In this document: piece by piece, positions 9,947 to 19,631 of the stretch
How positions within the stretch are numbered: position 1 is the stretch's first letter
Layout of the letters: every line of letters starts with the position of its first letter
IMG/VR virus record: IMGVR_UViG_3300045988_112927
Coordinates: 56,519-120,518 of that record
Length of the DNA stretch: 64,000 nt
From: a virus
Strand: one strand, 5' to 3'
The notes under the pieces: model-generated
The model's database searches: none
Told to the model about the DNA's origin: nothing
Seen by the model: the letters and a program-made list of their open reading frames with translations, nothing else
Translations under genes and position numbers: made by a program

Positions 9947-11593
9947 CTAATTCATGCTCTTCGCAACATCACGAAGTGACTTTACCCAAGCAGGCACATT
10001 ATCATCGCCCATATTGCCATCTAAACTAAAAGTAGTTGGTTTTGTTTCTGGCTTATTATCATCTTCAAGGTTAAAACTTACCTTGTTGCGAACACAAATA
10101 ATTGAAAGCTTAGCTTCAATATCGTCAAGAGAATAATTATCAATATTCTCAACAACGTCTTTCTTCTCTTCATCAGAAAGCATGTAGAAGCTTGCAATCA
10201 TAGCTTCCTTATCTTTTCTTTCGATATTCTTTTTGAATTCTACTAAAGTAGAAAGTTCAGCTTCTAAAGAAGCAACTTTATTAGCAAGGGTTTCTTTTTC
10301 TGATTCAAGAGCAGAATATTTTTCAACCAGCTCTGTATATTCTTGAATTTCATCAAGATTATATTCAACTTTTTTGCCCTCACCGCATTCACATTCTGAT
10401 AATGGTTTACCACATTTTTCGCAAATGTCTTCGCCACCCTCTAATGAATGCTTTGTTTTCTTCTTTTTCTTCTCTTCATCATCATCGTCGTCTCCAGTGC
10501 CTTCGCCACCTTCGCCTTCACCTGAACCCTCTTTTTTCTTCTTATCTTCCTCGTCCTCTTTTTCCTTCTTGCATTTAGCATACTCAAGCTCATAAGCTTC
10601 AACGTCAGTTAAAGCGAATTGAGGCTCGGCCGCAGGAACATAAGTTTTAGTTACTTCAACCAATTCGGCAGAAGCAGCAAAACCTGTATTGTCATCTAAA
10701 GAGAAATTCAGTCTAAAATACTTACTGTTAGAACGATTCTGAAGAATAGCAAATTTCTGGCTTCCCTCTTCATAGATTCCTTCAATTCTGTAAATAGAGT
10801 CATAAACACGACCTTCCTCGTTTGCACGTGGATAAGTCTTCTCTAAATAAGAATATAAAGCGCTCCACAAAGAATCGCCGATTTCAACTGCGTATGTATT
10901 AAACACAGGCGCTCCTCCTTCATTTAGAATTTCTTTCATTTCTTCCATTAATGAGAATAACTTATTCTTGAAATCCTCATCTAATGAGAACTGAATTTGT
11001 GGTGCAGTGATATTTGAACCCTCAAAGCAAGGTTCGCAATCTTCACCTAACACACAAAGTTTTGAAATTATTGCCTCATTTATAATAAAAAATTGAGGTT
11101 TTCCTTTACTATCTTTTGTCCAAAACGCATCAATTAAATTGTCATCTAATTCCATAGACTGATTATTACCTTCATCTATGATACGTTTAGATTCTGGATA
11201 CTGTCCAGTCCAGATATAACCTTCGGTCATTAGATACTCACGTTCTACTTCTCCATCATCTAAAAACTTTTGGAACCAAACCTTAGCATTTAAGTCTACA
11301 AAACCATAAGGTCTTGTGTTATCTTTAATTCTGAACTGTCCATTAGAAATATCAATAATTCGGTTGTGCTCTTCAAAATCACCTTTTGCTTCGTTGAAAT
11401 AACCTACAATCGGACTGCCTGGAAGTGAATTCGCCATATTTTTCGCAACTTCTTTAGTAATAATACTTTTATTACGATTAGGCTCATCACTTACATAACA
11501 GACCTTAATTTGACACTTAGAAATCAGTGGATTCAGAGGAGTAACATTAATAAACTCACAAGGAGTTTCTAACTTTACACTTGTATGTTGCAT
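9947..11593 (-). CDS. scaffolding-like protein, possible protease-scaffold fusion
   Basis: 548 aa; acidic Gly/Glu/Asp/Lys linker (KEKEDEEDKKKKEGSGEGEGGEGTGDDDDDEEKKKKK) then heptad coiled-coil C-terminus; located between portal and capsid. Confidence 0.35.
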   Translation of the reverse strand: MQHTSVKLETPCEFINVTPLNPLISKCQIKVCYVSDEPNRNKSIITKEVAKNMANSLPGSPIVGYFNEAKGDFEEHNRIIDISNGQFRIKDNTRPYGFVDLNAKVWFQKFLDDGEVEREYLMTEGYIWTGQYPESKRIIDEGNNQSMELDDNLIDAFWTKDSKGKPQFFIINEAIISKLCVLGEDCEPCFEGSNITAPQIQFSLDEDFKNKLFSLMEEMKEILNEGGAPVFNTYAVEIGDSLWSALYSYLEKTYPRANEEGRVYDSIYRIEGIYEEGSQKFAILQNRSNSKYFRLNFSLDDNTGFAASAELVEVTKTYVPAAEPQFALTDVEAYELEYAKCKKEKEDEEDKKKKEGSGEGEGGEGTGDDDDDEEKKKKKTKHSLEGGEDICEKCGKPLSECECGEGKKVEYNLDEIQEYTELVEKYSALESEKETLANKVASLEAELSTLVEFKKNIERKDKEAMIASFYMLSDEEKKDVVENIDNYSLDDIEAKLSIICVRNKVSFNLEDDNKPETKPTTFSLDGNMGDDNVPAWVKSLRDVAKSMN

Positions 11594-11602
11594 AGCGTCC
11601 TC

Positions 11603-13219
11603 CTAACTCATAGATTCTTTGTTTTGTATTGTTTTTTCACTCTTCTGGTCATCTGCTTTTTCCGGACGACCTGCTGTTTTTTCTGAAGTCTGCCCTTCTA
11701 CAGTTTTTTGAGAATTGCTTGATGTTGATTTATTATTTTCGCCCGAACCTTTTAAATCTTCCATACTCATAGTAGAACTCATTAAAGGAGGAATCATAAT
11801 CTCACTCAAGTGTAATACATTATTCTCAAAATAAGCAGTATTGATAATTGAACTCTGTGAATGTCCAAGAGCAATTTGAGGTAACATCTTAGAGTAACCT
11901 AATTGAACATGCTCTTTATATAACTTAGATAACTCTTTATAGTTATACTGAGTTGTCTCTAACATATACAATCTAAAATTGTATTTCTTTCTCTGTGTAC
12001 TTCTTGATTGAGCAACGCCATCAAAAAACATAGCAAATTGCAATAAAAGATTTCTTACAGAGCCTTCATCATTCAAGATAGATTTTTCAAGCGACAAATT
12101 ACCATCTGTATTAAACAAATTCTGTGAAACACCAAGAGAGTTGAATACCGTTCTTTCAACCTTTGATAAATCATCAACTGTAGTCGCTGTATTTTTATCA
12201 GACATATCTATTGCTTCAATGTCTGCGAATGTAGTTAACACGTCAACACCAATAGCTCGGCGCAACATTTCAACTGCATTATTATGAATATCTCTTGCTT
12301 CATCAACATCAAAAATCAAATCACCATTCTTGTCCATTGGAAGTTTTTGAACTACAATTTTCAATAACTTCTGCATTTGTTTTCTGCGGTCAAGGTCTTG
12401 CGCAGCGTCCAAATCAAGAATAGCTGGAATTGCGTTAACGAATAATGGGATATCTCCATTACCAAAACTAAATTTTATTGTACTATCTGGGTCCAATAGA
12501 TACCAACTTGAATCCCTATCATTTGCAATATCTGGCTTTAAACGACCTTGCTTATAAGCCACATATCCTTTTGCAAATTCATCCGGGAACATCTTAAGGA
12601 CTTTCATACGATAATTAATATCTGGGAATTCTTGGTCAAAGAATTTCATACTAAATTCTACTGCTGGTCTTCCGCCAATAGTATAACGTACTCGACAATA
12701 TTTAATCGGCAATTCCTGCAATATTAATCCATCTGATGATGGAACGATATAACCATAATAAGCACCATACTTAATTACAGTTAAAGCAATATCGCCGCAA
12801 ATCTTCTTAATATAAGAATTGTCTAAGTAATTTAATACTTTAGTAAAATCTTTAACTACTTTTTCTTCCTTAATATTTTCATCATATATCTCTGGCACTA
12901 CATACCAGTCGTATCTATACATAGTTGCGAAATAATCACAAGCTCGTTTATAAATACCACTGGTTTTGTAGAAATAGTTGGATATCTCGCGCAATTTCTC
13001 AGCATCATTATCAGCTAATGCTTTAAAAATTGTACTTTTGTCAAAACGATTTTTTGCAGCGCTTCGCATCTCTCCAAGATTAAGAACTGCGTCATCTAAA
13101 GTTTTAACACCAACTTTAATTTTACCATATTGAGTAGTCCCCATGTCAAAGCCTTTGTTATGTATCTCGTCTTGTCTGGAATCTTGAACCACAATCTCTT
13201 CATTTATAGTATTGTCCAA
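11603..13219 (-). CDS. portal protein
   Basis: 538 aa immediately downstream of large terminase; size and position typical. Confidence 0.5.
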   Translation of the reverse strand: MDNTINEEIVVQDSRQDEIHNKGFDMGTTQYGKIKVGVKTLDDAVLNLGEMRSAAKNRFDKSTIFKALADNDAEKLREISNYFYKTSGIYKRACDYFATMYRYDWYVVPEIYDENIKEEKVVKDFTKVLNYLDNSYIKKICGDIALTVIKYGAYYGYIVPSSDGLILQELPIKYCRVRYTIGGRPAVEFSMKFFDQEFPDINYRMKVLKMFPDEFAKGYVAYKQGRLKPDIANDRDSSWYLLDPDSTIKFSFGNGDIPLFVNAIPAILDLDAAQDLDRRKQMQKLLKIVVQKLPMDKNGDLIFDVDEARDIHNNAVEMLRRAIGVDVLTTFADIEAIDMSDKNTATTVDDLSKVERTVFNSLGVSQNLFNTDGNLSLEKSILNDEGSVRNLLLQFAMFFDGVAQSRSTQRKKYNFRLYMLETTQYNYKELSKLYKEHVQLGYSKMLPQIALGHSQSSIINTAYFENNVLHLSEIMIPPLMSSTMSMEDLKGSGENNKSTSSNSQKTVEGQTSEKTAGRPEKADDQKSEKTIQNKESMS

Positions 13220-13231
13220 AATCCTACCTCC

Positions 13232-13621
13232 TTAATACCCGGCTTTCTCCATAATATAATCATAGGAAATTAGGTTTTCTTCAGTGTATGGAATTTCAAT
13301 TAACTTAAAGTCATGTAAAGCGCAAAATCGTCTTTTTTGATTATCATTGTATTGCTGTTGGTAAAATCCACGCTTGCCGCCAAACTTCTGGCTTGGTTCA
13401 TAGTGTTGTTTACCTTGATATTCAATCATAAAATCAATACGTCCATCATCATCAAAAACAACAAAATCAAATCTCAGAGGTCTCCCATTAGGACTCCTTA
13501 AATCAGGAAAGCTATATTCCATTCGGAAATTTAACCCAGCTTCTTTTAAGATTTCTTCGATTTTAATTTCACCACGTGAAGCTCTCATAGGACCCCTCCT
13601 TTCTAATTTAAGAAACACCAA
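13232..13621 (-). CDS. Vsr/DUF559-like PD-(D/E)xK endonuclease (homing-endonuclease-like insertion)
   Basis: 129 aa with FDFVVFDDDGRIDFMIEYQGKQH motif resembling very-short-patch-repair/DUF559 nuclease core; inserted between terminase and portal. Confidence 0.4.
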   Translation of the reverse strand: MVFLKLERRGPMRASRGEIKIEEILKEAGLNFRMEYSFPDLRSPNGRPLRFDFVVFDDDGRIDFMIEYQGKQHYEPSQKFGGKRGFYQQQYNDNQKRRFCALHDFKLIEIPYTEENLISYDYIMEKAGY

Positions 13622-15342
13622 TCTTTAGCATTAAATTTCTTTTTCTTTTTCTTAGATTCTTCTTCTTGCTTTATATAATAAAGTCCGTATTCAAAAGCTG
13701 AGAATTTATCCTTTCGGATACCTTTATTTGCTTGTTTCAAAATGATATTTACGCCTTCATTTTCTTCTCGTAAGTTCATCATTTCCTCTTTTAATATGGA
13801 AGTTAGGGTAAATGGTTTTAAATATTCTGCCCTTTCTTCAGGTTTCATATTCTGACCTACCTTAGTTCCTAATAACTTTGTTTTAGCAACACGTTCATCA
13901 ATAAGGAATTTAATCTTACCAGAAGATAACTGCGACTGCGCATTTGCGTGAGCCTCAGTATTAATTGGCGCATTTGCTTTAATAATATAAATAGCATCCT
14001 GTTCGCAATTAGCTGTTTTATATTTCTTATAGAAACCTTCATCATCATTATAGATTCCGAAGTCTGGATAAGTATCTCCGGTTTCTGGGTCAATTTGTGG
14101 TTGAACCATATAATCAACTAATCCAATACCAAGACCGTTACCATCAATTACTAAGCGTCTTGCTTTATACTTATAATATAACTGTTTTAACTTAATAGCC
14201 TGAACACCAAAGTGTTCATCTGAGAAAGTATAAATATTAACAAGTGATTTATAAGCAGTACCCATTTGTTGTGGAGTAACCTTAAATATACAAGCTACAG
14301 TATCACAACCTTTACGTCCAATATCGGCTGAAATTACATAATAGCTTGCCGCAGATGACCTACCAGAATGCTCATGTTCAGGTTTTTGCAACTGTCTGTT
14401 GCGGTCAAAGATATCTCCACGGAAGAAAGCATCTGCAACTGTTCCAGTCCATTTACTTTCATATTCTCTATCGAATGAAGCTTCATTGAAAGTTCCATCT
14501 CGTTTTAAGTCTTGCAAGAAGTTTTTATCAAGCAATTTCATTAAAACAGGAATTCTCCAAGTTCCACCCATTACCATAGCTTTTTCCGGTTCAGTAATCA
14601 TCCAAACCAGTAGTTGAATTAATTTATCATAAGCAAAAGTATTTTTAAATCCAGCTGTTGTTACATAAATCTGCGATTTATTTAATGTCTCATCTGGTTG
14701 AGTAGTACCATCCATACATAAACGAGATACGTTCATAGTAGGAATAATAACCTGCGAAAGGATGTCTCCATCTACACCTACACACTCCTCTACCAGACCG
14801 CCATGTCTACGTTTACCTCTCGACTTCTCGGACGCCGCAATATTGTCGAAATAAGAACCATTCTTAAAGACATAGCATACATAGTCTTTACCTTCTCTAG
14901 TCTTACCCGGTCGTCTATCCAATTCACGCTCAAATGCCGGAACTAGAGTACATATTTCAGTAACTTTTTCTTTTACGATACCAGCAGCCTGTTCCTTACC
15001 ACCTGAAGTAACGAACAACTTACTTCTAGGATATAAGATACACCTACACATAAGTACCATAACAGATAAAAATGATTTTGAATACGCACGAGGGAATGTC
15101 ATATAAACATATTTATATCGCATCGCCGCACGTAAAAATACTCGTTGATAGAAATAGAATTTTAATTTCTTCTCTCTGGTAGGGTCTCCTCCATCTTGAA
15201 GAAAATCAACAAACATATCTGGATATTCACGCCAGTAAGCAATATACTGTCTTAAAGCTGGCTTGATAGCATCGATACGCTCTTCAGATAAACCAATCTT
15301 TTTTCTTTTAGTAGAAAGGTCTAATAAATCTTGTAAAGCCAT
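13603..15342 (-). CDS. terminase large subunit
   Basis: 579 aa, gene order HNH - Zn-ribbon protein - this - portal; size typical of TerL. Confidence 0.5.
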   Translation of the reverse strand: MALQDLLDLSTKRKKIGLSEERIDAIKPALRQYIAYWREYPDMFVDFLQDGGDPTREKKLKFYFYQRVFLRAAMRYKYVYMTFPRAYSKSFLSVMVLMCRCILYPRSKLFVTSGGKEQAAGIVKEKVTEICTLVPAFERELDRRPGKTREGKDYVCYVFKNGSYFDNIAASEKSRGKRRHGGLVEECVGVDGDILSQVIIPTMNVSRLCMDGTTQPDETLNKSQIYVTTAGFKNTFAYDKLIQLLVWMITEPEKAMVMGGTWRIPVLMKLLDKNFLQDLKRDGTFNEASFDREYESKWTGTVADAFFRGDIFDRNRQLQKPEHEHSGRSSAASYYVISADIGRKGCDTVACIFKVTPQQMGTAYKSLVNIYTFSDEHFGVQAIKLKQLYYKYKARRLVIDGNGLGIGLVDYMVQPQIDPETGDTYPDFGIYNDDEGFYKKYKTANCEQDAIYIIKANAPINTEAHANAQSQLSSGKIKFLIDERVAKTKLLGTKVGQNMKPEERAEYLKPFTLTSILKEEMMNLREENEGVNIILKQANKGIRKDKFSAFEYGLYYIKQEEESKKKKKKFNAKDWCFLN

Positions 15343-16568
15343 TATTTATTACCCTCTCCACTAATAAGTCTTTCTATGTAATCTTCGTCACTCTCAGAAA
15401 GTCCTTCTTCCATATCTTTGAAATCTTCAAAGTCACCATCGGACAATACTTTTTCAGCATCATCTGAGAATAAACTCATTTCCATTAAATCATCATCATC
15501 AGCCGCTTCAGATTCATCTTCTGCCTCTTTAATACGGTCTGCTTCAATTTGTTTAACGGCGTTCTCAATAAGATTACCAAGATTCATTTCCTCTGTTACC
15601 AGAGTATGAGTATAAGATTGTAAATCCTGTAATGTTCTATCAACTTTATCTTGTGGTCCATCAGTATAATATCTAGGGATGAATCCATCCTTTTCGCATA
15701 TAGCAACAAGTTCTGAAATTGAATCTACATATTCTCCAGATTCAGCTTTATTTTGTGCGGCAGTAAATTTACCAGACTTCATAAGCCCGTCATACATCTT
15801 AATCATCTTTTGGGCACCATCAACATCTCCGATGTCTAAAAGCTGATTAGCTTTTAATGAAGTCTTACATACTAATTTTAAGGTATCAATATGTCCCGCT
15901 GTTTGAATATCATAAGAGCCCATCATCTCCTCGTACAACTGCTCTAATTTAATCCACTCTTCTGGTTTATATGTTTTTCCCCATTTTAATAATAGATATT
16001 TTCTATCTTCTTCTGTTAAATCGTCATCAAATACTGTTGTATCTTCATATTGTTGTGCGAAATAATCTTCTTGCGGATACTCAGGTCCACCGACCGGCGC
16101 AAACTCCGGTTCTTGCAATTCACCTTCTGGAATAGAAAATGTTGCTTTAGTAATTGCTTCTGTAATTTGCATTGCGTCATAACCTTGACGCTTCATAGTT
16201 TCTTCGATTTTTTTATTAGCGAGTTCTTGTAAAAATTCTGTATGTTCCCATCTATATTCTCTATATTGTTTTAATTTCATTTTAGAAAGATATCTTCCTA
16301 GAATGGTCATTCCAGTAACTTTACTTCTATCTTTACCATAGTTAGCAAGTAATTTATTCCATTCATCTGGAATATATGGAACATCGCATTCTTGTAAAAT
16401 CCATAAATATGTATCAGGGTTCCAGTTATCAACATGCATTGTAATACATTTTTTGCATTGTTTTAACTTACCTTCAGGATATTTCTCTAAATTATTAGAG
16501 CCATAGAATTGGTCTTCATTCATAGTCTTATTACATTTCTCGCAGTAATAAGATTTATCTCCGGCCAT
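15342..16568 (-). CDS. zinc-ribbon protein, possible terminase small subunit
   Basis: 408 aa, N-terminal CxxC...CxxC, acidic C-terminus, directly upstream of TerL with overlapping stop/start. Confidence 0.3.
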   Translation of the reverse strand: MAGDKSYYCEKCNKTMNEDQFYGSNNLEKYPEGKLKQCKKCITMHVDNWNPDTYLWILQECDVPYIPDEWNKLLANYGKDRSKVTGMTILGRYLSKMKLKQYREYRWEHTEFLQELANKKIEETMKRQGYDAMQITEAITKATFSIPEGELQEPEFAPVGGPEYPQEDYFAQQYEDTTVFDDDLTEEDRKYLLLKWGKTYKPEEWIKLEQLYEEMMGSYDIQTAGHIDTLKLVCKTSLKANQLLDIGDVDGAQKMIKMYDGLMKSGKFTAAQNKAESGEYVDSISELVAICEKDGFIPRYYTDGPQDKVDRTLQDLQSYTHTLVTEEMNLGNLIENAVKQIEADRIKEAEDESEAADDDDLMEMSLFSDDAEKVLSDGDFEDFKDMEEGLSESDEDYIERLISGEGNK

Positions 16569-16614
16569 AATAAATGCCTCCTTTCATAAGAATATAATTT
16601 ATACCAGGCCGCAA

Positions 16615-17667
16615 TTACGACTTTTTGCCCTTAGAATTTCTACAACATTTACAAATGCTATAAAATCCATCTTTGCTGGTTTTATTCTTACTGAAATATT
16701 TATTATGAGCTAATTTAATTTGCCCGCAACGGCTACATTTCTTGTATTTACCTTTTTCTTCGTTTAAGTAATACCAATCTAAATATTTATCCTCGGCCGC
16801 AGAAGCTATTAAGCTAGGTATCTTCTTACGCCAAAGGCTTGAAATATACTCAAGACTATGTTTAATATTAAATTCTTCTTCTAAAATAGCTTGAATTTGA
16901 ACGTTTTGTAAACCATCTATTTTACACTGCACAATTCTATCATAAAGGGGATAATCTTTTAAAGCGATAGTACATAATTCATCAAAATCTTCCATTAAGA
17001 AATATGTATTAGTCATGAAATTGCCATAACTATCTTGCTTTAATCTTGAATAGTTACATAAAATTGCCGAGCAGACTGCTGGGTCAACTAAAGTAACTCC
17101 TTTGCCGACGCAATAACCTTCTTCATCAAGAGTAATCTCTCCATCTAACATAATTGGGTTATTGGAATGAGTAATCTTATTTAGACAGATTGGTTTGCGA
17201 TAGCAATCCTTTACTATGTATTGGTCTTTACGAAGCTCAATAATTGCTTTCTTAATTATATAAGCTTCTCTACCAGTAGCAGTTTTCGCTTTATTTTCCC
17301 AATATTGAATAGCATCTCTAATCTGTCTTAATGGGGGAATTTCTTCTAAATCTTTTTTTGTTATTGAAACTTTTGGTCTGAATATTACATTTTTGTCTTC
17401 TGATATTAATCCATATATACCATCTTCGCCATTTTCAAATTGGGAAACAAGACCTTCAAAAGATGTTTCACGCTTATTAACTGTACACATTCGATTCTCA
17501 GTTAATATTCTACGCTCTTTTCTCTCTTGTTTCTCCATACAGAGAATTAGGTAATTAGCTAAAATCTCTAAATATTGTTCACTTGGATTTGGATTTTCCT
17601 CTAATATTTTTTCAACTAAAGCCTTCCTCTCTTCTGGAGTATTTAAAGTATAATCTAATTTAATCAC
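16615..17667 (-). CDS. HNH endonuclease domain protein
   Basis: 350 aa; C-terminal CSRCGQIKLAHNKY...CKCC matches CxxC-HN-CxxC HNH signature; HNH adjacent to terminase genes is common. Confidence 0.45.
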   Translation of the reverse strand: MIKLDYTLNTPEERKALVEKILEENPNPSEQYLEILANYLILCMEKQERKERRILTENRMCTVNKRETSFEGLVSQFENGEDGIYGLISEDKNVIFRPKVSITKKDLEEIPPLRQIRDAIQYWENKAKTATGREAYIIKKAIIELRKDQYIVKDCYRKPICLNKITHSNNPIMLDGEITLDEEGYCVGKGVTLVDPAVCSAILCNYSRLKQDSYGNFMTNTYFLMEDFDELCTIALKDYPLYDRIVQCKIDGLQNVQIQAILEEEFNIKHSLEYISSLWRKKIPSLIASAAEDKYLDWYYLNEEKGKYKKCSRCGQIKLAHNKYFSKNKTSKDGFYSICKCCRNSKGKKS

Positions 17668-17742
17668 CTTTTTATACCTCCAGTCTTTACTAATATTATA
17701 CCAGAAAATTTTCGCAAAGTCAACCCAATCGGCATTAAATTG

Positions 17743-17771
17743 TTGACAAAAATAAAAATTTTTGGTATAAT
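17743..17771 (+). promoter_or_regulatory. sigma70-type promoter TTGACA-17-TGGTATAAT, first of plus-strand early region
   Basis: Consensus -35 and extended -10 seen in sequence. Confidence 0.6.
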
Positions 17772-17803
17772 ATTAGTAAATAATAAGGAAAGGGTTGGAA
17801 ACC

Positions 17804-18112
17804 ATGAAAGTAATAATTTTTGGCATCATAATAATTGCTGTTATTGCAATGTTAGTTTTATATAGTTGCCTCGCCGCAAATGCACAACAAGAAATTTCTT
17901 GTATTTTTTGTACTACAATAGTTACATATCTATTTAATCAAGAAGAAGATAGAATTATTTATAAAACATTTCCTGATAACAAGGAAGTAGAAATAATATG
18001 TTATAGGAAATGTCCGCCCCCTCCTGGATTAAAAGATATTGAAGAAGTTATTACAAAAGATGATACTATAATAGAAACAAAGGAAGGATTTACATGGGAA
18101 CCTTTATATTAA
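17804..18112 (+). CDS. small membrane protein
   Basis: Start moved to ATG at 17804 (RBS AAGGAAAGG); hydrophobic N-terminus. Confidence 0.4.
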   Translation: MKVIIFGIIIIAVIAMLVLYSCLAANAQQEISCIFCTTIVTYLFNQEEDRIIYKTFPDNKEVEIICYRKCPPPPGLKDIEEVITKDDTIIETKEGFTWEPLY

Positions 18113-18345
18113 TTTTAACTGTCATTATATTGTGGGCTTCTATTTCAGTTGCAATATATATGAAAAAGAAAAATGAAGTTGGTAAATTTGATTGTGATAG
18201 TAAATTGATTCTTAAGATTGTGTGTGGGATTTGCGGCCCGTCGTTTATGGTCGCCTATATCGGTAATTCAATATTAAAATCAATAATTCCAGAAGAAATA
18301 AAAGAAAAGAAAAGTGGTTCAATACAAACTTACACTCGTCTGTAA
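18094..18345 (+). CDS. small membrane protein
   Basis: 83 aa, hydrophobic N-terminal segment. Confidence 0.4.
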   Translation: MGTFILILTVIILWASISVAIYMKKKNEVGKFDCDSKLILKIVCGICGPSFMVAYIGNSILKSIIPEEIKEKKSGSIQTYTRL

Positions 18346-18384
18346 GACCGGATGGACGGGGCAGGCGCAAGAAAGGAAGATAAT

Positions 18385-18648
18385 ATGAGAATTAGACCAG
18401 AAAACACTACAAGAAAAGTTGACACTCTTGGTAGAGTTACAATTCCCAAGAGCCTTAGAGATAGAATGAGAATTAAAGAAAATGATGATTTGGAATTGTT
18501 CACAATGGAAGATGAGGGCAGAGAGTATATTTGCATGAGCGCAGTTGATGCAGTTCCAGCAAGATATATGGTAGCCGCAGATGTCCTTAATGAATTAGGT
18601 GTAGCAGTCCCAGTAGAGCTGGAAGTAAAGATGGGGCTTAGAGACTGA
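18385..18648 (+). CDS. AbrB/SpoVT-type DNA-binding protein
   Basis: MRIRPEN..LGRVTIPKSLRDRMRIKENDDLEL swapped-hairpin motif; start at ATG 18385 with RBS AAAGGAAG. Confidence 0.6.
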   Translation: MRIRPENTTRKVDTLGRVTIPKSLRDRMRIKENDDLELFTMEDEGREYICMSAVDAVPARYMVAADVLNELGVAVPVELEVKMGLRD

Positions 18649-18971
18649 TGGAGTGGACATACGAAGGTAGAGAAAATGCGGCGACTGCTCAAAAGTTGCG
18701 CGAGGGTCATACTTGTAAAGTTGTAGGGTTTGGACAGAGTATGACACCTATTCTAAAATCCGGGCAACCTGTTATTTGTGTTCCCGTTACCGGGAGCACG
18801 GAGCTTCAAAAAGGCGATATTGTTTTATGTAAAGTAAAAGGTTGTTATTATTTGCATAAGATTATTTCCGTGAAACCGGGTGACCGGTTTCAAATCGGAA
18901 ATAATCATGGACACATTAATGGTACTATTGGAAGAAATAATATTTTTGGATTGGTAAAGGAGAAATTATAA
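18648..18971 (+). CDS. stand-alone S24 (LexA/CI-like) peptidase domain protein
   Basis: GQSMTPILKSGQPVICVPV...GDIVLCKVKGCYYLHKI matches S24 GDSMxP...GDIV...K motif; ATG overlaps TGA of upstream AbrB gene. Confidence 0.55.
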   Translation: MEWTYEGRENAATAQKLREGHTCKVVGFGQSMTPILKSGQPVICVPVTGSTELQKGDIVLCKVKGCYYLHKIISVKPGDRFQIGNNHGHINGTIGRNNIFGLVKEKL

Positions 18972-19132
18972 TGGGTGATGAAGAAGTAGGAAGTGGATGT
19001 CCATATCTAAGTTGGCGCAGAGATTGTGATGGAGATTGGGATAAATATTGTTGCGGTTATAGTGTACAATGCGGCTATAAGAGATGCGTAAGAGATTGCG
19101 ATGGTGATATCATTGAAATGTGCAGCAAATAA
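18971..19132 (+). CDS. Cys-rich small protein (53 aa)
   Basis: MGDEEVGSGCPYLSWRRDCDGDWDKYCCGYSVQCGYKRCVRDCDGDIIEMCSK; start overlaps previous stop. Confidence 0.35.
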   Translation: MGDEEVGSGCPYLSWRRDCDGDWDKYCCGYSVQCGYKRCVRDCDGDIIEMCSK

Positions 19133-19391
19133 AGAGTGGTATTCTAATTGTCTATTGGAAGCCATTAAAGCAAAAATAAAATATGGTAAAGAAGTCGATA
19201 TAGTTTATATTCCGGCAAAGAAGAATGATGTTAACTGTCCGCATTGGATGTGGAGAGATAAGAGAGACGGGACTATTTGCGACTTTTATTGTGATGGCTA
19301 TTTGGAGAACTGGTGGAACTTCTTTTGGTGGAAGGGATACATAAGAAAAAGACCGTATACGGCGTTCGAGAAATGGTGGATAACTAGGTAA
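19101..19391 (+). CDS. hypothetical Cys/Trp-rich protein
   Basis: ORF track 96 aa. Confidence 0.3.
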   Translation: MVISLKCAANKEWYSNCLLEAIKAKIKYGKEVDIVYIPAKKNDVNCPHWMWRDKRDGTICDFYCDGYLENWWNFFWWKGYIRKRPYTAFEKWWITR

Positions 19392-19394
19392 GTA

Positions 19395-19427
19395 GATGGG
19401 TTCTGTATGGGACCCATTTTTATTTTT
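19395..19427 (+). terminator. intrinsic terminator
   Basis: ATGGGT-loop-ACCCAT hairpin then TTTTTATTTTTT. Confidence 0.5.
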
Positions 19428-19432
19428 TCCCG

Positions 19433-19505
19433 GAAATCGTTCTCCGAAATCTTAAATCGTTTTGGTTACAGAATCGTTTTCCGAAATCTAAAATCATTTT
19501 GGTGG
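19433..19505. repeat. two imperfect tandem ~34-bp repeats (AATCGTTYTCCGAAATCTWAAATCRTTTTGGT)
   Basis: Direct repeats seen in sequence; contain TCCGAAA motif shared with class-2 promoter spacers. Confidence 0.5.
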
Positions 19506-19631
19506 GAGTTTTACTCAGAGAATAACGTTTTGATTAACAAAAAAAAATTTTTTCCCGAAATACTACCCCCGAGTATGTCTGCATCGGCTCGCGCACGAAC
19601 CATGCGAGCCGAGTTTACCCCCTTGTAAAGA

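Noticed and set aside
10374-10595. Plus-strand ORF with SSSSSSSPVPSPPSPSPEPS low-complexity translation
   Set aside because: It is the antisense of the acidic GEGEGDDDDEE linker of the scaffold-like gene. It is a shadow ORF.
19407-19628. ORF-track 73-aa ORF MGPIFIFSRK...
   Set aside because: It starts inside a terminator hairpin and runs through the tandem 34-bp repeats and a class-2 operator. It has no RBS. I treat it as non-coding.
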